A DNA stretch of 63,497 bases, counting the filler, from Kipferlia bialata (lineage: Eukaryota), in NCBI GenBank assembly GCA_003568945.1. It is 6 parts of 6 records of this genome, joined end to end, with 100 filler letters (N's around TTAATTAATTAA, not from the genome) between each part and the next. Parts side by side here need not be neighbours in the genome. Positions count along the whole stretch, not along the records: positions 41,923 to 55,760 come from BDIP01000888.1; positions 55,861 to 61,404 come from BDIP01000915.1; positions 61,505 to 63,497 come from BDIP01000962.1; 3 more parts are not named here. One strand, 5' to 3'. Below the pieces are notes generated by a model. It saw nothing but the letters and a program-made list of their open reading frames with translations. It did not search any database and was not told where the DNA came from. Position numbers and translations under genes: made by a program. Shown piece by piece: positions 55,512-63,497 of this stretch (the stretch's first letter is position 1; every line of letters begins with the position of its first letter).

Positions 55512-55704
55512 GTATACTATATATACTGTGTTAGTTCTCTAAATGGTCATTATTATACATGTGTTTGTATATATGTACCTAATGAGATGGAGCCAATGAC
55601 AGACACAGGTGCCATATTATGTGTTTACACTCTATGTGTGTTCATTTACAGTATAGAAATTATAGATGGCCAGTGATATCTCCTTTGACATTGCCGCTGT
55701 ATAT

Positions 55705-55737
<33 letters not shown>

Positions 55738-55760
55738 TCCCCCCCCCCCCCCCCCCCCCC

Positions 55761-55860
55761 NNNNNNNNNNNNNNNNNNNNNNNNNNNNNNNNNNNNNNNN
55801 NNNNTTAATTAATTAANNNNNNNNNNNNNNNNNNNNNNNNNNNNNNNNNNNNNNNNNNNN
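55761..55860. other. Artificial scaffold linker
   Basis: N-TTAATTAATTAA-N. Confidence 0.97.
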
Positions 55861-55890
55861 TATGGGTAGTCTGTATCTCTAACCCTCTAG

Positions 55891-57049
55891 TTCTGATCAT
55901 GGCTGTGGGCACCAAGCACAGCATGGGCATGCTGGCAAAGGGTACGTGACAATAAGAGTACTATATATATATTGAATATGAATACATGCTCGCAAAGGGT
56001 ATTTGCATGTGGTGGTATCTTCTGATATGTCTATACTGCATAATTATACTAATGGTGAATACTTGTCTATATTGAATCCAAGCACAGCATGGGTATGCTG
56101 ACAAAGGGTACGGGAAAAGAATAGTATCATACATGTATATTTACGTATATACAGATTAATATGGACACACTCACAGAGAAAGAGACCCTCAGAGAGGGAT
56201 GAGCTGTCAGCAAGTCTATATGGATAATGATGCTATCATCTCACGTATATTTTTTGGCTATATAGCATTATTAATGCTACTGTTGTGGTTGTAACGTAAT
56301 CTCACCCTTACCCGCTATACAGCACTTTCTATGTAGAACCGTGGTGTTTTCCCTCTTTATCAGTGCTAGCGGTGTAGCATATGGCTATTACTGCTGTTTT
56401 GATCCCTCTTAGCCTCACTCTTAACTACTTTGCCAGTAACTGGACAGCCAGTTTCTCTATTCATTTGGTGTTCTCTCTCTCTATCAGTGCTAGCTGACAT
56501 CAGCTCTAGGCCAGCCCCCCATGTGTTGCCACGGTGCCATGCTGTTCTTTGTTGTATTGACATCACTCTACCTGGTATGTCTCTCTCTCCCTCTAGACCC
56601 TTATTCTTTGTTGTCTTGACATCCACTCGTCCTGGTGAGACATACGTATATATCACATGTAAATGTAGTGCATCCAGCGTGTTCAGTCTACCTGGTGAGT
56701 CCTCCCTCTCTCTCTTCCTAGGTTCTGGTCAAACACAATAACGTGGATGTGTCATAATTCAATTGTGCAATTATGATTCATAATTGCTTGTCTTTCTGAT
56801 TGTCAGATGGCCTACAACATCATCATGTTGTTCATATTCTGGTCGACGCAATCCTCCTATAACGAGGACTTCTACACGATGATCGAGTCTATTGTGAGAG
56901 GTTTCAAGGTATGGTCCACTCTATAGCTCATCCGTCCACCAGAGTCAATTCCAAGCAATACCTCTACTTATGCCCAGAGCTTCTCCATTCTCTACCAGCT
57001 TGTCACATCAATCGTGTACTGCTTCGGAGCATACACCTTGAAGGCATAG
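55891..57049 (+). CDS. Small multi-pass membrane protein, unknown (5' partial)
   Basis: Exons LIMAVGTKHSMGMLAK|GQPPMCCHGAMLFFVVLTSLYL|MAYNIIMLFIFW...GFK|SFSILYQLVTSIVYCFGAYTLKA*. Confidence 0.6.
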
Positions 57050-57788
57050 TCGAGGAGAGAGATTAGAGGGTTCGCTGTGAGAGAGCACGGGTCGGGTCAC
57101 TCGACTCGAGTGAGAGATTGTTACAGTAATAGATGCTGATGTTATGGTACAAGCTCCTAGGTATTATTAATAGATCTATATGTTATATGTGAAGAATTTA
57201 GTCCTTTCAAAAGACCTTGGAACGTTGAGCTCAAGCTTGTCACAAGCCTTGTGGAATCCGAGATTGAGGGAGAATCTCTTCACAATAGGAAATGTCTAAC
57301 TCTCCTGTACGGTGGCTCATTGAGGATACGTCTACAGCTTAGAAGCTCAGTGTCGGTGTAGACTAACAGTCAGCGATTCAATGACGCTGATTCAGGAAAG
57401 ATAATAGTGGGCCCTATGGTATTACCATCATCATGATGATCATGGTACAGCTCTATATATTCATATATATCTAAATACACCTTTATACATCTATATATAT
57501 CTTATCGTTGTCCCATCTCCCTTCTGACCCCTACCCCTGTGTGCACTGCACACTGTGCAGTGTGCAATGTCGAGTAGAGCATAGAATCCGCCAAAATATA
57601 TGATTTGTTTTCACTGATATCCAGACAAAGGTATAAGGCTTAGTAACTGGAAGATACTAACGAGGTGCTCTCTCTATTCGGCCATCTCCTCTACTTTGGT
57701 GATAGTGCACCCCGGAGTGCAACGTGCCATGTCCATGGAGTGTCGGACAAACCTAAGGACAATACATCAGTCAGAGGTATCTCTCCAT

Positions 57789-58208
57789 CTATTCCTGCTC
57801 TTCCATCTTCTTAATACTACACCCCGGTGTGTAGTGTGCCATGTCCATGGAGTGGGTGTAGGACCAGAACACAACATAGCGCCTGGGGTAAGGGAGGTGA
57901 GGGAGGAATGGAATATACCAGGTTTGTGGGAAGGGGATATCTAATTATAATTGCATATAGCTAAAGAGAGAGAGAGGGGGATTTCTATGTGTCTTGGCTA
58001 CCCCAGCAGAACACTTAGAGATCGGTGAGATAACACAGACACTAACATATATATGTATAGGTAAAGAGAGAAAGAGAGGGGAAGTATTAGTGTACCTAGT
58101 GATTCCCATGTATATGTTGGCCACCCCCGCTGTCTTGATGTGCTTGGTGGTGGAGAGTATACGGCATATCTGCTCGACAGATTGGGATCTGGAGACTGGG
58201 GTGAGAGG

Positions 58209-58244
<36 letters not shown>

Positions 58245-59765
58245 AGGAGAGGATGCGGCAGATCTGCTCGACAGACTGAGACCTGGAGACTGATTATGTT
58301 AGATTTACATATATATGTATATATATATATACATATAGGAAGAGATATATATATATAGATATGTATATATAGGTATACATACCTAGTGATGAATACCATG
58401 CCACTTGACCCCTGCTGACAGTGCTGTCACCTATCATGCGGCGCACAAAGCCAACCTCTCCACCTGAATATGAGTGTATAATAGACATACACAAGACGCA
58501 TGAGGAGAATGTTGTGTGCAAATGCTGTCCCCTATCATGCGAGTCCTAAACCCACCTGGTGTGTATGTCTCATCACGGGTGCCAGTGTACACGCTGTCTA
58601 TCCTGATATGAACAAAGAGATACCACATATACATACGCACACAGTATATGTGGTGAGTATACAAATGAGAATATATATATAGAGAAAGAGAGAGAGAGAG
58701 AGTACCTATAGTTCCTGGGTGCAGCTGTGTCACTGAAGAGTACTAAGACCCTATAGTACCTATATGCACACAGCATACAATGTATTATGACTATCCATAT
58801 ATACCATAATCAATACTAGTACCTGTAGTTCCTCGGTGCTGCTGTGTCACTGAATGGTGGGTTGCACATGGTGCACGAGTATCTAGGCACACACTCTCTC
58901 TCTCCCTCTCCCTCTCCCTCTCTCTCTCCCTCTCTCTCTCCCTCTTCAAATAGGTCAGGTACCACACCCACTATAGTATCCAAGCCAGAGGCATTGGGCA
59001 AGGTGGTGATGTCCACAACGGATATAGTACTCCTTTCGGCTTGCTTGTCACACTGTTGCTTGTCACTGGAAATATCCATGCCCCAGCCCTTGATGGTATG
59101 TACGGCACGGAGGGCAGACCTACAGTGTGAGAGTCTAATGGTGTTATATATATATATGTACACACCATATCACTTGATTATGGTACACATTAAACTCCTG
59201 TTATCCCCCTCTGTGCATGTCATACTAGCCATGTGTGTGTATAATCATTAATACACATATATATACTGTATACATATATACTCTATAGTATACACTATTA
59301 TACCTGTTATCCCCCTCTGTGCATGTCATCCGTGTCATTGGTGTGTATACACTATAGTATATATATATACTCTATAGTATATGTCACCTATCATCCCCCT
59401 CTGTGCATGTCATCCTTGCCATGGGTGTGTATACAATATAGTATATATATATATATGCTATATGCATATATATGCATATACTCTATGATACCTGTTATCC
59501 CCCTCTGTGCATGTCATCCTGGCCATGGATGTATACTATACTATATGTATATATAATAGTATAGCATATCTATATATATTTACACTACATCCAATGAATA
59601 TGTACCTATTGTCTCCCTCAGTACATGTCATTCTGGCCATGGGTGTATACTGCACTATATGTACCAGTACACCATATTGACATATCTATATGAATGAATA
59701 CACACTGTATACCTATTGTCCCCCTCTGTGCATGTCATCCGTGTCATGGGTGTGTATACACTATA

Positions 59766-59800
<35 letters not shown>

Positions 59801-60521
59801 GGTACATATACTCTCTATATTAATGTGTACCTATTGTCCCCCTCTGTGCATGTCATCCGTGCCATGGGTGTGTGTGGGTGTCTGAGTCGGCAGAAGATGC
59901 CCGCATAGATGGCAAAGGGTCCAGTACCTCTGGCTGTAAGAATAGAGACATATACACATGTTAATATACACACACATATATATATTTAAGTATATGTCTG
60001 AGTCGGCAGAAGATGCCGGCATAGATGGCAAAGGGGCCAGTGCCACTGAGGGTCAGCCTTAAACTCCATAAGAATTCATATACACAAGACAATACTCATC
60101 TCTTAATTATCCCTATATACGCTAGAGGTGTTGAAAACACAGATAACATAGGCACTGCACAAAATATCCAAAAGTCATTATATATATACATATACACTTA
60201 CATGTCTATCCCTGCTCTCCCCTCCTTGGGTATGCTGGGCTTGGAGGCATCACTATCATGTATCTACAATACTAACTATTCCTATTAGATATAGATATGT
60301 ATGTACTCACATGTCTATTCCTGCCCTCCCCTCCTTGGGTATGCTGGGCTTGGAGGCATCCATGTATAGTATATACAATTGACTGATATGTAATACATAT
60401 ATGGAAATACTCACATATCTATCCCTGCCCTCCCCTCCTTGGGTATGCTGGGCTTGGAGGCATCGAGGAGACACGACAGGAAGGAGCAGTAGATAAACCT
60501 AGAGTAAGGAGAGATAGAGAG

Positions 60522-60554
<33 letters not shown>

Positions 60555-61009
60555 ACAAGAGGCTTCAATGAGACAAGACAGGAAGGAGCAGTAGATGAAT
60601 CTAGAGTTAGAAAGAAAGAGAGAGAGAGAGAGAGAGAGAAATACCTGCTGAATATGACTGGTATGAGGTTGTTGTCCCCCATGGAGATGGACAGGCCAAA
60701 GTACTCGGAGAGGAGCTTCTCATTCAACATCTGTATGTTAGGTAGATATATGTATATTTACACATAACGATAATTATGTATACACCCATACATATTGGAA
60801 TATGGACAGACCGAAGTACTAACAGAGGAGCTTCATATAAAACACTAAAAGAGGAGCTTCCCATTCAGATCTGTGGTAAGAGAGTTGCCTAGAAAGAGGA
60901 CAATATTACACCTAAGAGACCGGAGCATCACAACACTCCACACTATATAACTATATATGTGTATACATGTACCTTCAGGTCCTCCTGGTCATCTAGGTGA
61001 ATGCGCCGT
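57789..61009 (-). CDS. METTL16: METTL16/RlmF-family RNA m6A methyltransferase (5' partial)
   Basis: LNEKLLSEYFGL..LIP..SR, SAM-binding motif GIDI|GTGPFAIY, catalytic CTMCNPPF, GGEVGFVRRMIGDS..WYSSL, and C-terminal GITR|RYVVFWSY. Confidence 0.92.
59196..59870 (-). repeat. Intronic exon-echo array in METTL16
   Basis: Six copies (~59196, ~59302, ~59386, ~59489, ~59603, ~59710) of cc(t)attgtccccctctgtgcatgtcatccgtgccatgg, plus the true exon end at ~59831. Confidence 0.9.
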
Positions 61010-61404
61010 CTGGGGTGAGGGTTAAGTAGACTATATAGTCAAAGTAGTGTGTCAAGTAAAGTAAGCAGAGTGGATATATAAGTAGTTATGAATGCGCCGT
61101 CTGGGGTGAGAGGGTAGATAGTAGGTAATTACTGATATGCAAGTAAAGTATATTATTAGTAAATGCAGTTTACTAGAAGAAAAGGAGTGAAACACAAGAT
61201 GAGTGAGAGTGAAGTAGAAAGGTAGATGATAATAGGCAAGTAATGATTGTAACGTTATTTATGTAGTCAATGAGTAGAGAAAGAGACTAAATGACTAAAG
61301 ACGTGGGGGGGAGGGGGGAAGAGAGAAGGAGAGAGAGTGGGGAGTACCTGATCAAGGGTATATATGGGGGGGGGGGGGGGGGGGAAAAAAAACAAGACAA
61401 AAAG

Positions 61405-61504
61405 NNNNNNNNNNNNNNNNNNNNNNNNNNNNNNNNNNNNNNNNNNNNTTAATTAATTAANNNNNNNNNNNNNNNNNNNNNNNNNNNNNNNNNNNNNNNN
61501 NNNN
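61405..61504. other. Artificial scaffold linker
   Basis: N-TTAATTAATTAA-N. Confidence 0.97.
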
Positions 61505-61971
61505 ACTGGGATATTTTGGGTTGACCCCCCCCCCCCCCCCCCCCCCTTCCCTCCCCACTTCCCCTTCCTGTCCTCGTCTTTCCCTCTCAGTCAGTTCTTC
61601 ATATCAGGCTTGTAGTTTCTAACACGCAGAGATATTAGATACATCGCCAACGAGTATTATGAATCAAGGAATGCGCGAAGTGTTCGAGGTACCTCTGCCC
61701 CAGGGGTATCACCATCTAGCCTTGCATCTGGTGCCCCTCGAGCACTGCAGAGACGATGCGCCAGTTTTAATGCCCACCTTAACTCATTAGGTATGGATGA
61801 TCACCTCTGACTGTCACAGATATGAGGTCACACTTCTCTTTATATATCCTGTATGGTACAATTGACCCAGGGTCTCATGTGACTGATTCCATTGTCAACA
61901 CCCTAGTGTTGACACATATATATTCTATTCATCACTCACCTGGTATATACTATGCACCACTCACCCTCCAG

Positions 61972-62717
61972 GCTCCCAGGTGACTGATGCCCTGTCTCAC
62001 CACCCCTTGATGCTGGGTGTGGGTCTGATGTCAGCGGTGTCAAGGCCCAATCTGCTGGTGCTCATACACACACCCCACCTGGTTATGCCTAATGACAATC
62101 AGACACAGAGGGTGGTCAGTCCCAGTCCATACATTCAGAGGGTACTGCCCTTCCTAGCACAGTACAGGTGGGTGTATGATACATACCCATATCCCTCACA
62201 CATGTCTGAACGTAAATTAATTCTCTTGGTTATGCCCCCACCCCCTCGCCCTTCATGCACACGCCATATACATACAGCAGTATCTATCAACCTCTGACCC
62301 AGGGCCACCCCGCAGTCCCACCTCAAGTTGTGTGTATACGCATGCCTGCCAACTGACATGGACCAGCACCCCACACCCGACACCAGTGCAGGGCATGACA
62401 CCCTCTCCTTCACAGGGTATGGCCATGGCACCAGGGCTGGGTGGCAGAGGAGGGAGGGGTGCATAGCACTGGACAGGTGTGATGTGCTAGAGGTGGCACT
62501 GGCAGGGGAGGGATACCCACTCGCAGTGTGTGGCCAGGGGTCTGATGGTGCCAGTAGTGATGTAGATATGGATATGGATACCGATCAAGAACAGCATGGG
62601 CATAGACCGATGGGTGTGATGGGGACTAAGAGAGAGAAGGAGACTCTGCCCATACCCACAGCTGGATATGCTTGGTATGTGTCATCTGCCAGACTGAAAG
62701 GCTTCCCAGGGCAATAA
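61972..62717 (+). CDS. Unknown protein, two terminal exons
   Basis: Exon 61972-~62167 (acceptor CTCACCCTCCAG) is followed by a GT-AG intron and an exon ending at stop 62717. No family recognised. Confidence 0.55.
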
Positions 62718-63456
62718 ATGTCGCTGCGATTGCGGGTGTGTGTCTGTAGACGCATATATATTTTTATATAGATATAGATGTTGATGTGTGGGAATGCACT
62801 ACTGACTGAGACGTCTGAGACGTCTGTAAATATCAGTACAGGTCCACTTTGCACTGTCATTGTTCTCTGTTCTTCTAGGCCTAGTATCTGAGAGTTGTGA
62901 TGTGCTTCTGGTTACCTATGTGACTTGCAGTGTTATGCAGCAATACTGTGATGTAACGGTGTGCCTGACCGAGAGATGGTGTCACGTTGTCAGATTGGAC
63001 GGTAGAGACCTTGATTCACTCTCTCAGTAGAGGGTGAGGGCATCTCTGGTCCTAGGCTAGGGGGAGGGGTGGCGTCTCTCCTACAGTGGTCTGCTGCAGT
63101 CGCTACCCAGGCACACAGCCACGTAGAGTCTTATCACAAGCTAGACAGAGAGGTTGAGACTCGGACCAGGCTATACAGATGGACCCAAGCCCCAGGACTC
63201 ATGTTATGAGTGGCCACTCTCCAGGCACGCCTCTCCCTTACACACACACATCATGTGATACATTTAATACCTCTCTGCTAGTCTCTCTCACCTCCAGTGG
63301 TCTCCCCCCACCTGCGTAGACAGAAGGGCACTGTGACACCTAGGACAGAGGGCAGACTGCACTCCAGGGCACTGGCAGAGGGCACTAGGCCCATCAAGCT
63401 CCCATTCCCTGCCCATATCCTACAGGTACTCGCTCTCTATAACTCTCTCTCTCTCT

Positions 63457-63497
<41 letters not shown>

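Noticed and set aside
57544..57562. Perfect hairpin CACTGCACA-C-TGTGCAGTG between two convergent genes
   Set aside because: Short, single-copy and of simple composition. No support for a function.
59196..59870. Repeat-spacer arrays resembling CRISPR (also 25816-26237, 51868-52410)
   Set aside because: The repeats are degenerate copies of the adjacent exon, the spacers are low-complexity (TA)n, there are no cas genes, and the context is eukaryotic.
63179..63425. Possible exon(s) of another plus-strand gene at the window end
   Set aside because: An open frame ends at a CAG|GT donor, but no consistent start or recognisable product could be established.

Overview
This is intron-rich eukaryotic nuclear DNA, not prokaryotic. 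Six scaffold pieces (1-13918, 14019-27881, 27982-41822, 41923-55760, 55861-61404, 61505-63497) are joined by artificial N-TTAATTAATTAA-N linkers, so gene neighbourhoods across linkers mean nothing. The short GT-AG introns ending in CT(A/G/C/T)ACCCCCAG, the (TA)n/(CT)n/poly-C tracts and the kelch and ARM genes suggest a free-living fornicate such as Kipferlia bialata (inference). I spliced exons by eye. Recognisable genes: a Dcr2-like metallophosphoesterase, a frameshifted kelch gene, a STAND-NTPase/ARM-repeat (NLR-like) gene, an AT-hook PARP-type ADP-ribosyltransferase, a Na+/H+ exchanger, a saposin-domain protein, DPM1, capping protein beta, a RING-kelch protein, the 5' part of EFHC1/RIB72, an acylphosphatase and METTL16, plus several unknown genes. 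Three things stand out. (1) Introns are filled with diverged tandem copies ('echoes') of the neighbouring exon edge, complete with its splice site; some form in-frame AG..GT cassettes. (2) The NLR-like gene has degenerate Walker motifs and one ARM repeat per symmetric phase-1 exon. (3) A palindromic MITE-like element sits at the window start. Gene ends are approximate where noted.
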